A stretch of 64,000 nucleotides of DNA from the human T2T-CHM13v2.0 reference genome, Homo sapiens, in assembly GCF_009914755.1 (NCBI RefSeq), contig NC_060947.1; one strand, 5' to 3'. The notes below the pieces were generated by a model. That model had not been told where the DNA came from. It was given only the letters and a program-made list of their open reading frames with translations, and searched no databases. Made by a program: the position numbers and the translations under genes. Positions 1 through 11,660 of the stretch are shown one piece after another (position 1 is the stretch's first letter; each line of letters starts with the position of its first letter).

Positions 1-115
1 AGAGACAGGGTTTCACCATGTTAGCCAGGATGGTCTCGATCTCCTGACCTCATAATCTACCCGCCTCGGCCTCCCAAAGTGCTGGGATTACAGGCGTGAG
101 CCACCGTGCCCAGCC
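1..115 (-). mobile_element. Alu, left arm (truncated by window edge)
   Basis: agagacagggtttcaccatgttagccaggatggtctcgatctcctgacc...gtgagccaccgtgcccagcc is reverse-strand Alu. Confidence 0.95.
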
Positions 116-1269
116 AGCTATGCAAATTTTTATTGCAAAATCATGTCTTTTATGGGAGGTTGAAGGAACTATTTATTGAAGGTCTACTATGTGTTAAACA
201 CTTTATATAGCAATTGTTATTTATAATTCACAATAATCCTGATACAGAAAATCTTACTCCCATTTTCTAGAAGAGAAAACTAAAGTTCACAGAATTTTAG
301 TAACTTTTCTAGGTTGACACAACTAAGAAGTGACAAAGCTGGTATTTTAGCTCTTGATCTCCACAGTAAGTAATTAGACTGGTTGCTATAGTATATGTTA
401 TATGGTGACCATGTGATGTCATGCACATAAAGGAATTCAACAACACCTGTTGATGAGGATGATAATAAACATGAAATAATCTCTCTTGGGTTTAGACACC
501 TGGGTTGTGGTGTTCATATGAATTTAGTTAGAGCAAAAATTCAATGTATTGTACTCACTAAAGCCTAGCCCAGCTTTTGCACTAGGTTGAAATGCCATCT
601 AATCTGTATATTAAAAGCTCATTAAAACCTAGGTGTGTAGAAGAGCATTCTTGTCTTTTCTTTGCTAAATTTCTATTTTTGGACCTGTGCCATACTGCTT
701 GGATTATTACGAGCTCTCATATGTTAAACAACTAGAACCCCTTTATTGTGACTTTTATTAATTTCTTGCCTATCCTTTTCCATTTGATTTTTTTCAAGAG
801 ACCTTTGAAGGAAAATCTACCAAACTTCCAAATGCCGGCAGGGTTGGGGGCAGGAGTGATAAAATTCACAGCTTTACAAGACTGAATCATCCCATCCAGG
901 AATCTGGCATCCTAACTGTCTAATTATCCAACAGGCACATTTCTTTTCAATTATTTCAAAATTCAGAATTTACTTTAGATCTTCAATAACTGCTAAAAGT
1001 TGATCTGAAAATAATCAGGCTAAAGACCAAGGCCCTTTTTAACCTGGCCTGTGGAGTGGTTTCTATATAAGAGGTAATTAGTGACCTACCTACTTCAAGT
1101 ACTGTAATGAAGATGAAACAGAAAAAGGCAGTGGGACAATATGATATATATTAAGGAGAGCAAGACTTGAGGTAGCAAAACCAGAAAGGGATCTTCCACC
1201 ATAGACCAGGAGTGGGGAGTTGTTTGCCTAAAAAAATGTAGCAAGAGTGGAGATGGAAGAAAAGTGGGA

Positions 1270-2510
1270 AAATCCAGATATTTAGAAGAGAAGGTCAAGA
1301 TTACTTGGTGGGAGGGAGGAAGAGGGAATGAGGGATGATTCCCAGATTTCTTGCTTGGGCAACAGTGTGGGTTCTGGAGCCATCTATTAAGATAAGAGAA
1401 ATGAAGAGGAGGGAGTTTTGTGTGTGGAAAAGATCAAGGAAGGATGGTAAAATCACTTGGGACATATTGCATTTGAGGTCCTTCAGGGACATTCAGGTGG
1501 ATATATCTAATCGTTAATTAAAACGGATCTGAATCAAATTTATGCTGAAGTTCATGTAGAAAAACAAACATACAAGAATGTGTTGGAAAAAAGAGAATCT
1601 ACTGAGGGGACCTAGCTCTACCAGATATATGAAATTATATATCCTCTATAATTCAACTGGTATATGGATAGCAAACAGACCAATGAAATAGAATAAAAAG
1701 CCCAGAAGGTTTTCCAAGTACATATGGATATTTGATATGTAATAAAGGTGGTATCTCAAATCCCTAAAGCAAAGATGGACTTTCTGATGCCAGAACAACT
1801 GAGAAACCGATTGGAAAAAGAAAACAAAAGATCCATCAATACTTTATGCCATACACAAATATAAACTCTAAATGTAAAGAAAACCATATGAATACTAGAA
1901 GAAAACATGGGTGAATGCTTCTTGGACCTTATGTAGGAAAAGATTTCTTAACTATGAATCGAAATCTAGAGGCAATAAAAGTTAAATAAATTTGACTACT
2001 TTTTTTAATGCATGGCAGAAAAACACCATAAACAAAGCCAAAAAGCAACTGACAAACTGGAGAGAAAATTGCAACATATATAACAGTTAATGTATTAAGA
2101 AAACTTGAAAATTGAGGTGAGAAGGACCAACAACCCACTAGAAAAATGTGGAAAAGACATGAACCGACAATTCACAAAGAAAGATATTTAAATTGTCCTT
2201 AAACACAGATAAGGCAAAATAAAATGCCATTGAGATATTACTTCTCAACTATCATATCAGTGAACATTTAAAAGTATGTCATAGGTTATGTTGGGAAGGG
2301 CATTGGGAAACAAAACACTCCCCTATATTTCTGATGGGAATGCAAAAATAGGTCTGAGATTCTGGGGAGGGAATAGCCTGGAGATGTAAATCTGGAAGTC
2401 ATTGGTCTTTACTGGAAATGAATGAGATCAAACAGGGAGACAGAACTTGAGGACTGAGGAGAGAGGAGGCCCAGGACAGAACCCTAGGAACACTGCCACT
2501 CAAGGTGGCA
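1270..2510. mobile_element. Old L2 fragments interrupted by an L1M ORF2 3' fragment (~1525-2345, +)
   Basis: L2-like text at 1336-1515 (gattcccagatttcttgcttgggcaac) and 2350-2510 (ggagatgtaaatctggaagtcatt). L1 ORF2-like text lies between (acagaccaatgaaatagaat, ctagaagaaaacatggg). Boundaries approximate. Confidence 0.6.
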
Positions 2511-2779
2511 GCTCAGCTTCCTGGCAGGCAGCACCACCCTGGGCTCTGGAGTCAGGCAGAGACAGTCTTGAAAGCGGGCTCTGGAGTTCTGGGGCTGAGC
2601 GCTCTTGGCAAAGTCGGGTACCCTCTTTGATCAGCTGTCACACCTGGCGATAATGGCATCAGAGAGAGATACCCTGCGAGGATGCCGTGAGATGCGCCAG
2701 GTAAAGCACCTGGGGTCAGAAAGCCACCCCCTCCTCCTCTTCTCCGTGACCCCCCTTTGCTACACAAACACACCCCGAC

Positions 2780-3200
2780 CCCGACCGTCCCCAGCCTCCC
2801 GGTCCTTCGGGGTTGGATGGTGAGGTGGGTCAGGCAAGGGGGGCCGAGCTCGGGTGACGCGGCGCTCACGTGACCCGCCGGGCGCCTACGTGGGCACCAG
2901 CCCCCGCGCCCGCCCGCCCGCCCTGCGGTCCGGTCCTGGCGCCCGCGCAGAACCAGCTGTCTGAGCTGCCCGGGCAGCGGGGGAGCAGCGAGCGGGCTTC
3001 CGCGAGCCGGAGAAGGCACAGGCCTGTCCCGGGTCCCGGCAGGTCAGTGTGAAGGTGGGCGCTGCCGGCGGAACCACGGAAGGGGTGGAGGTGGCTGGCA
3101 GTAGGAGTAGGGAGGGGCGGAGAAAGGATCCGGGAGACTGGTGAGGAGGGGGAAGCGGAGCGGGCGGAGGCAAGGGCGGGGGAGCCTGGCCCGCCTTCTC
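2780..3200 (+). promoter_or_regulatory. TCEAL3: TCEAL3 CpG-island promoter and non-coding exon 1 (donor ag|gtcagt after 3042)
   Basis: High GC/CpG density. TGACG half-CRE at 2855-2859, palindromic E-box TCACGTGA at 2866-2873, GC boxes ~2900-2925. The TSS cannot be fixed from sequence. Confidence 0.8.
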
Positions 3201-3587
3201 GACGACCCCCTGCACTGAGCCGTCCATCCATTTTAGTACTGGAAATGGAGTACGGGGGGGCAACCCCGCAGTGCAACAGTGAAACGTAGACATATTCTGG
3301 AAATAACCGCCTCTCACAATCTGCTCCCATGGAAACATCTGACCTCCGCAAAAACGGGGTGGCGCTGGGACAGGTTGCCTCCAGGGGAAGGGGACACAGA
3401 GACAAACGCAGTTTGGAAAGCATCCTGGTTTGGTGCCCGAGGCCTGGAAAGAAATGGCGGCTGGGGTGCGGGGGATGTAGGGGAGGAAAACGTTGGGTAA
3501 GCAGGGCCTGGACTCAGGAAAGGGAACCGAGTCCCTGTGAGACCGCTGACTGCGCAGCCCCTACCCCTGTCTCCTGTCTGTCCGCAG

Positions 3588-3657
3588 GTCTGCGCGTCTG
3601 TTCCCAGCGCTCTGCGAGGCCTAAAAAGGAGGAGCAACCTGTCCAGAATCCCTGCAG
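3588..3657 (+). other. TCEAL3: TCEAL3 non-coding exon 2 (70 nt)
   Basis: Pyrimidine-rich acceptor ctcctgtctgtccgcag|gtctgc and donor cctgcag|gtctgt. The acceptor is homologous to the TCEAL1 exon 2 acceptor (ctaccctgtcttgcgtctgtgtgcag|gtctgc). Confidence 0.75.
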
Positions 3658-4048
3658 GTCTGTGAAGGTGGTTGTGGGGGAGCTCAATGGACAGGGCCCT
3701 ATAAGGGTTGAGAGTGTGGAGGGCCCGGCCAGGGCCGAACTGGGGCCCCTGCCCATCCCCCACTCACATGAACACACACCTTACCAGGCTGAACCAGTGC
3801 AGAGAAGGTGGCAGGGACTGCCAGGGAATGGCTGGCTCACGTGTGTGGGAGGAGTGGCAGGCTACGTGGTGGGCAGAAGGCCCTCTTGGGGGCCCTGCCA
3901 GCTTAGGGGAACCCTCACCAGGGGTGAGATGCAAGTACTATCCAGACCTGCATTCCACCCCATGCCCTCAGTCTCCCATGTCTCTTATTTGTCTCCTCTT
4001 CCCTCCATTCCCATCCCCCAGGACAGGAAAAGGAGGGGAAATCTCGAC

Positions 4049-4651
4049 ATGGAAAAACCCTACAATAAAAATGAAGGAAACCTGGAAAACGAGGGAAAGC
4101 CAGAAGATGAAGTAGAGCCTGATGATGAAGGAAAGTCAGACGAGGAAGAAAAGCCAGACGTGGAGGGGAAGACAGAATGCGAGGGAAAGAGAGAGGATGA
4201 GGGAGAGCCAGGTGATGAGGGACAACTGGAAGATGAGGGAAGCCAGGAAAAGCAGGGCAGGTCCGAAGGTGAGGGCAAGCCACAAGGCGAGGGCAAGCCA
4301 GCCTCCCAGGCAAAGCCAGAGAGCCAGCCGCGGGCCGCCGAAAAGCGCCCGGCTGAAGATTATGTGCCCCGGAAAGCAAAAAGAAAAACGGACAGGGGGA
4401 CGGACGATTCCCCCAAGGACTCTCAGGAGGACTTACAGGAAAGGCATCTGAGCAGTGAGGAGATGATGAGAGAATGTGGAGATGTGTCAAGGGCTCAAGA
4501 GGAGCTAAGGAAAAAACAGAAAATGGGTGGTTTTCATTGGATGCAAAGAGATGTACAGGATCCATTCGCCCCAAGGGGACAACGGGGTGTCAGGGGAGTG
4601 AGGGGTGGAGGTAGGGGCCAGAGGGGCTTACACGATATCCCATACCTTTAA
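4049..4651 (+). CDS. TCEAL3: Transcription elongation factor A (SII)-like 3, 200 aa, single coding exon (acceptor at 4021/4022)
   Basis: MEKPYNKNEGNLENEGKPEDEVEP...HWMQRDVQDPFAPRGQRGVRGVRGGGRGQRGLHDIPYL*. Acidic EG(K) hexapeptide repeats, BEX/TCEAL C-terminal domain, RGG-rich tail. Paralogs TCEAL5/6 are very similar; adjacency to TCEAL1 favours TCEAL3. Confidence 0.92.
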   Translation: MEKPYNKNEGNLENEGKPEDEVEPDDEGKSDEEEKPDVEGKTECEGKREDEGEPGDEGQLEDEGSQEKQGRSEGEGKPQGEGKPASQAKPESQPRAAEKRPAEDYVPRKAKRKTDRGTDDSPKDSQEDLQERHLSSEEMMRECGDVSRAQEELRKKQKMGGFHWMQRDVQDPFAPRGQRGVRGVRGGGRGQRGLHDIPYL

Positions 4652-4874
4652 TGCCTTTGGCCTTCCATTCTGATTTCTCTGATGAGAATATTGCTGGCCC
4701 TGCTTTCCCTGGTAGGTATTTGCCAGGCCCAATGCTTTAACCTTAAGCTGATACTTTGCTTTAGATGTCAGTCTCGTTACCAGCAGCCTTTTGACCCAAC
4801 TACGGCGCTCTATATTTTAGTAGAGGATTTTCACCCATGTGCATGGAAAAGATGTTCATGGTACATTGTAAAAA

Positions 4875-4880
4875 AATAAA
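4875..4880 (+). terminator. TCEAL3: Polyadenylation signal AATAAA of TCEAL3
   Basis: aataaa ~225 nt after the stop, followed by attaaa copies. Confidence 0.75.
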
Positions 4881-7379
4881 ATTAAAATTAAAAAAAGTTT
4901 GCAGAACCGCATATACAGTATCAGCCCGTTTTTATAAAAATGTAAATGTTTGCATAATGCATTTGTGCACAAAGAAAACTCTGAAAGCATGTACACTAAA
5001 AAGCAGCCAATGGTTATTCCTGAATGGTATCCAAAAATGAGTTCAATCACTTGCTGGGTAGGTACCTCCATGCCATTCTGCTGTTGTTGTGCCCATCCTC
5101 ATGTCTTCCCTAGGTGTAACTACGTGAGTGGGCACTGCTACCCCTTCTCCTGGGTCCTTTACCATCCTATGGCTCCCCCATAGGATGCGATTCTTTTTCT
5201 TTTCTTTGCTCTCACTCATCTCTACCTTTTCTTAAAGGATATGTCCTTTTGTCATAACAATAATTTTAAAAACTAAACGAGAAAACAATACATAAACAAT
5301 TGAACTGTTCAATGAGCTTATGAGGGTAATAAAGACACTTAAAATTTCTGTTGCCAGAACATAAAATGATAAGTAAAATTCATATTACCTCTGAGACTAA
5401 CAGCTAGAGGTATCAACCTGGCAGTTATAACAAATCCATTGCTGTAAGGGTCAGTCTTGCCATCTGTGAAATGGGGATAATACTTATCTCACAGGACTGC
5501 CCAGTGGATCAGATGAGGTATTGAACATGTGAGCTGTCCTTACAGGAGCAGGACCCAGCACCCTGTCAGACACTTAAAAGAAGAGCTGAAGGTAGGTTTC
5601 ACCTGTCCCCAGGAACAACTCCAAGCAGCTGAGTAGAGGGTGCCATCCTTCTCTGGATACTATCATATCTGCTGGGCACTTCTGTTCTGCTATGCCCTGT
5701 ATATGTACTGTCTGCTGACAGCCACTGATATAATGGAGTACTCATGGTGACAAAGCCCTTCTGATTCCCTACAGTCCCCAAAGGGCCACAGTCCCAATTG
5801 CAGGTGGTTCTACTCTAGGGCTTCTTGGAGCCCACTGTATTACACAGTTCTTAGCAAAGTAGCCATTAACATTTTTAGTTCATTTTATATTTGCTTACAG
5901 CTTCATTTCTCTTCTTAGGATTTGAGACATTTTGGGTCTACTTGGGACTGTGTCCTGAGTCTAACCTATTGGCTAGATAATGAACTGTGTTTGCACCAAA
6001 CACCCTACCCCAGTACCACAGGTGAACCCTATCTAAATTTTTATACCTTTCTAAGTGTGAGTTTTCTCTAAAAAGCCTCATTGACTGGCCTACTATACAA
6101 AATCAAGGGACTTATCCATATATAATCACAGAGATAACCCTGTGTGAAACATCCCTTCCCATTCTAAACCACTTGCAACTGAAAGAGGTACAGTGCTCTT
6201 AAAAATATTAAAAACTCTTAGGCATTTTTATTTAGCCCACCAGTATATTCCCTTATCAAAACAGACTTTTAAAAAATTCATCCTGATATCCGTTGCACTG
6301 TACTTGACACATATATTTAACAATTACTTGATTATGACTGAGTCAGGAGCCTTGAGTTTTTGACCCAGTGTATCCTTGGGCAAGTAATTTCACTTGTCAA
6401 AAATACAACTTGAAATTCAAAAATAAATAATACAGGAGAAGTGATAATTCTAAATCCAGCTCATAAACCATTTTAACAATGTATAAAAATGATTTTTTTC
6501 AAAATACGTTCAAAATATGTTAAACGACTCCCTGGGAACCTCCCTGGTCCCTGGCACAAACCCAGAATTTCTAGGAATATGGCTCTAGAACCTGCAATTT
6601 CCACAAACTCCCCAGGTGATTCTGATGTACAGTGAAGTTTTACACATTGCATGATCTCAATTACATTAAATATAAACCATAAAAAAGTAGGAGGAAGTAT
6701 AAGGAAATGTTTATCTGAATTCAGTAGGCACAAAGCACATATGTACCAACATGTTTTAAAAAATCAAACTATGTGCTAGATTTGTACATTGACAACTACA
6801 AAACATTGATGAGAGAAATTAAGATTTAAATAAATGGAAAGATACATTGTTCATGGATTAGAATGGCTGCAAAGAAACAGTGGCACAGGACTCCCTCAAG
6901 GTGGATGCCCTAACCAAGGTTCTGCCTGTTTTTACCTTTTGGGAGGGTCTTGAAATCTAAAGACTACCAGGCCACATTCCCTTCTAAATAGTCCATATCT
7001 GTTTATTCAGGTAGTGAGTGTACCCACTGGGGGCATCCACTGCAGAGGCAACTATCAATAATTGGGAGGAAAAAATGACCATCTCTGTAGATATCATTCA
7101 GCCTCCCCATTCCCCTGCCACTGCTATCCCAATGTTTGCTCAATGGGCCCTTGTACAAAGTGGCCACAGAAACAGAAATAGAACTATGTGAGAGCTCAAC
7201 AATATTGACTTCCCATACCAACCTGATCTGACTACTCTCATAGCTGAGTATGAAACCTGCCAACAGCAGAGGCCATTGCTGAGACCCTAATATGGTATCA
7301 TTTCCAGAAGGAATGTCGATTACATTACTTTGTGCCCTATAAATATATACAATTATAAATTGTCAATTAACAATAATTA

Positions 7380-9225
7380 TTTAAACTATGAGAAATAATA
7401 CACAAGTACAATGTAGCAAGATGTAATATCAATATACAAAATCAATTGTATTTCTTTATAGTAGAAATTAACAATCTGAAATGAACTTAAGAAAATGATT
7501 CCATTTACAATGGTATCAAAAAGAAAAACAATCTTGGGAATAAATTTAACAAAACAAATGCCAGACTTGTATATGGAAAAGTACAAAATGTTGTCAAAAG
7601 AAACTAAAGACAACCTAAATAAATGGAAATAAATTCAATGTTCATTGATTGAAAGACTTAACATTGTTCAGATGGCAATATTCCCTAATTGATTTACAGA
7701 CTTAAGGCAATCACTATCAAAATCTCCCCTGGCTTCTTTGCAGATAATAACAAAGTGATCCTAAATTATAATGACCCAAAACAGACAAAACAATCTTGAA
7801 AAACAATAACAAATGGAGTTCTTACACTTTCTAACTTCAAAACTTACCACAAAGCAATAGTAATCAAGACAGGGTGGTCCTACCATAAGGATAGATATAT
7901 AAATCAATGGAATAGAATTGGGAATCCAGAAGTAAACTCTCACTTTTATGCTCAATGGATTTTCAACAAGTCTGCCAAGACAATTCAAAGGGAAGATAAT
8001 AGTTTTTAAACAAATTGTGATGAAACCATTAGATATCCACATGCCAAAGAATGAATTTAGAACATTATGTCACACCCTACATCAAAGTGAACTCAACACA
8101 GATCATAAATATAAATGAAAGAGCTAAAACTATACAGCTCTTAGAAGAAAACATATGCATAAATATTCATGACCTTGAGTTAGGCAATTTTACTTAGATA
8201 CAATAACAAAATCATATATGACAAAAGATACATTCTACTTCATGAAAATGGAAACGTTTTGTGCTTCAAATGATAACATCGAGAAAATGAAAAGATGATC
8301 CACCAGATGGGAGAAAATAACTGCAAATAATACATTTGATAAGGAGCTAATTTCCAGAATATATAAAAAACTCTTACAACTCAACCATTAAAAAAAAAGA
8401 GAACCCAATTTTAAAATGGGCAAATGATTTGAATAGATATTTCTCCCAAGAAGATATACAAATGTCCAATAGGCATATGAAAAGAAGCTCAACTGTATTA
8501 GTCACTAGGGAATGTAAACCAGAACCACAAAGTGATACCACTTCACACACAGTAGGATGGCTAAAACGAAAGAGATAGAAAATAAGTTTTGGTGAGGATG
8601 GGGAGAAACAAGTCCTCATACATTGCTGATGGGAATGCATTTGCTTGGGATAACAAATTGGCAATTCTTTAAAATGTTAAACATAATGTGTCATATGACC
8701 CAGCAATTCCATTCCTAGGTATATACACAAGAGAAATGAAAACATACAGTCATGCAAAATGTATACACAAATGTTCATAGCAGTATTGTTCATAATAGCC
8801 AAAATATAGAAAAAAAATCCATGAACTGGTGAATAAACAAATATGGTATATTATACAATGTATTTGGCAATAAAAAGGAAGAAGTACTGATACATGGCAT
8901 AGCATGGATGAACCTTGAAAACATTATGCTAAGTGAAAGTAGGCAGTCACAAAAGACCACATAGTTTATTATCCAATTTATAATAAATGGACATATCAAC
9001 AAATCTATAGAGAAAGTAGATTCGTGGTTGCATGGGGCTTGCAGAAGGGCAGGAATGAAAAATGGTAATAGGAAGGTTTTCTTTAGGGGTGATGAAAATG
9101 TAAAATTGGATAGTGGTGATGGTTGCCCACCTCCATAAATATTCTAAAAACCATTGAATTGTGCACTTTACATGGGTGAATTATAAGGCATATGAATTAT
9201 ATCTCAATAAAGCTGTTAAAGAGAA
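7380..9225 (+). mobile_element. L1M (L1MB/ME-type) ORF2 3' part and 3' UTR
   Basis: L1 motifs aatatacaaaatcaattgtatttc, gacccagcaattccattcctaggtatatac, gaaccttgaaaacattatgctaagtgaaag; ends ctcaataaagctgttaaa. Confidence 0.85.
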
Positions 9226-9297
9226 ATAATTATCTACAATAAAAATAAGAACAATGTGTTACATGGCTTGTAACATATGTAGAAGTAAAATGTACAA

Positions 9298-9815
9298 TGT
9301 GGTGGTTAATACTGAGTGTCAACTTGATTGGATTGAAGGATGCAAAATATTGTTCCTGGGTGTGCCTGTGAGGGTACTGCCTAAGGAGATTAACATTTGA
9401 GTCACCGAACTGGGAGACGAAGACCCACCCTCAATCTGGGTAGGCACTATCTAATCAGCTGCTAGCCTGACTAGGATAAAAGTAGGCAGAGGAACGTGGA
9501 AAGACTAGAATGGCTTAGTCTTCTGGCCTACATCTTTCTCCCGTGCTGGATGCTTCCTGCCCTCAAACATCAGACTCCAAGTTCTTCAGTTTTTGGACTC
9601 TTGGACCTTCGATCACAGACTAAAGGCTACACTGTCAGCTTCCCTACTTTTGAGGTTTTGGGACTCAGACTGGCTTCCTTGCTCTTCAACTTGCAGACGG
9701 CCTATTGTGGGACTTCACCTGGTGACTGTCTGAGTCAATACTCCTTAATAAATTCCCCTTTATATATACATCCATCCTATTAGTTCTGTCCCTCTAGAGA
9801 ACCCTGACTAATACG
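9298..9815 (+). mobile_element. MLT2A-type (ERVL) solo LTR
   Basis: tgtggtggttaatactgagtgtcaacttgattggattgaagg...ctagagaaccctgactaatacg, flanked by 5-bp TSD tacaa (9293-9297, 9816-9820). Confidence 0.85.
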
Positions 9816-9889
9816 TACAACAATAGAAAAAAAGATGGGAGGGGGAATGCACAGTTGTAGGGTTCTTCGATTATCCATGAAATCATTTA

Positions 9890-10132
9890 CAGTTGACCCT
9901 TGAACAACACAGGTTTGACCTGTGTTTTTTGATGTGGATTTTTCCAACCAAACTGAGATGGAAAATACTGTACTTGTGGGATGTGAAGTCTGCCTATAGC
10001 GAGGGCTGACTTTTCACAAAGATGGGTTCTGCAGAGCCAACTCCAGGACCCACCTAGGTATACATAGATTTGTATATCCTGGGGAGTGGTGGGTCCTGGA
10101 ACCAATCCCCTAAGTATACTGAGAGATAGCTA
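9890..10132 (+). mobile_element. Tigger2-derived MITE (MER8-like)
   Basis: Starts ta|cagttgacccttgaacaacacaggtttga and ends gtcctggaaccaatcccctaagtatactgagagatagc; ~240 bp. Confidence 0.7.
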
Positions 10133-10364
10133 TCATATTATTTGAAGGTAGACTGTGATAATCTATGATACATATTACAAATACCAGAGCCATGGCTCAG
10201 AGATTTTGCCTGAGGGAAGGGAGGGAAGCAGGATGTAAAATGGAGAGTTCTAAATTTTTTCCCAAAGGAAAGGAATTCATTTGCAACAGAATATGGAGAA
10301 GTCCAAGTTCAAGGGAGCTCTCAAAAACAGTGGAGGCTCTGGTGCATGATATATTAAAATATAT

Positions 10365-11660
10365 ATTACAGTATATATTTGGTCAATGTCCCCAGTTCCT
10401 GGCACAGAGCTCCTAAAACCTTTGGGATTTTCTGAATGATAGGAGTGTCTTTTGTTATTCATAATGAGCCCCTTTTGACTACTCCTGAATTTATGCTAAT
10501 GAGGTGACTTAGGGTAAGACCCCTAGATAGCTTCAGGATGGGGACTGGACACCAGAAAGACCAAATACATGATTACAGGATGGGAACTTTCTGCCTTGCT
10601 CCTGACCTCCAGGGATTGGAGAGGGGATAAAAATTGAGTTCAATTACCAGTGGCCAATGATTACATAAATCATTCCTATACGATAAAACCTCCATTAAAA
10701 TCCCTAAATGATGGGGCTCGGGAGCTTCTGGGTTGGGAATACATTGATGTACTGATCAGATGGAGCACCCAGAAAAGGCATGGAAGCTCTGTGCCAAATA
10801 TACCCCATATCTTACCTTATGCATGTCTTCCATTAGGCTCTTCCTGAGTTGTATCCTTTACAATAAACTGGTAATAGTAAGCAAAGCACTTTTCTAAGTT
10901 CTGTGAGTCATTCCAGTAAATTACTGAACTCAAGAAGGGAGTCATGAGAACTGTGAATAAAAAATAGACTCTCAGGACCCCAAACTCACTATGGCAAAAG
11001 GGAAATTAAGCTTGGGAACTGAGTCATCCAAAAACTGCCTTCCATTTGTTCCCAAATAGCTGTAATTTCACATGCTTACTTTATCTTATGTAAAATGTAG
11101 ATGTACTGAGCATGAGATGAATGCATAATTGACTTTTCCTCTACTCCTTTCTTTTTACATGTAAAATGTAGATTCACTGAGTGCTAATCAGAGCCTCACA
11201 AGAATGTAACCACTTGCCTCATTGCCTACCCATCCTCCTTTTTTTTCTTCCCCTCTTGCTTGCTCTTTCTCCTTTAAATACTGAAGTTCCCAAAGCCCTC
11301 TGTGGGAAAACCACAGGTCACCAATCCTACTGTGACTTGTGTTTCATTTTCCTAGGTGTGTCCTCAACCTTGGCAAAATAAACCTCTAATCAATTGAGAT
11401 CTGCCTCAGTCACTTTTTGGTTTACAGAACCCTCAAATTTGTACTAGCCCAGGCTGAAGTGTGGGTAGGTTGGGCACCCCATTTGCAGCTGCCATCTGAA
11501 GTGGAGGGCAGTCTTATACTTAAAAGCCCTTAAACTGTAGGGTCTGCACTAACTCTGAGGAATTAATATCAGAATTAAATTGAATTGTAGGACACCCAGT
11601 TGGTGCCAGAGAATCAGAGAATTGGTAGGTGTTAGAAAACACCACACATTTGATGTCAGA
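10365..11660. mobile_element. MER21-like LTR interrupted by a younger LTR
   Basis: ccccagttcctggcacagagctcctaaaacc...ggacacccagttggtgccagagaat; sequence resumes after the 10952-11426 insert. Confidence 0.65.
10952..11426 (+). mobile_element. ERV1 (MER4-group) solo LTR
   Basis: TG...CA ends (tgtgaataaaaaatagac...ttttggtttaca), aataaa near the 3' end, 4-bp TSD gaac (10948-10951, 11427-11430). Confidence 0.75.

Noticed and set aside
2447-3777. Many overlapping ORFs in the TCEAL3 CpG island (likewise 23594-24922 for TCEAL1)
   Set aside because: Expected from stop-codon scarcity in GC-rich DNA; low-complexity P/G/R/A translations.
3915-4574. 219-aa antisense ORF over TCEAL3 (and similar antisense ORFs over TCEAL1)
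   Set aside because: Shadow of a purine-rich repetitive CDS; no recognisable protein.
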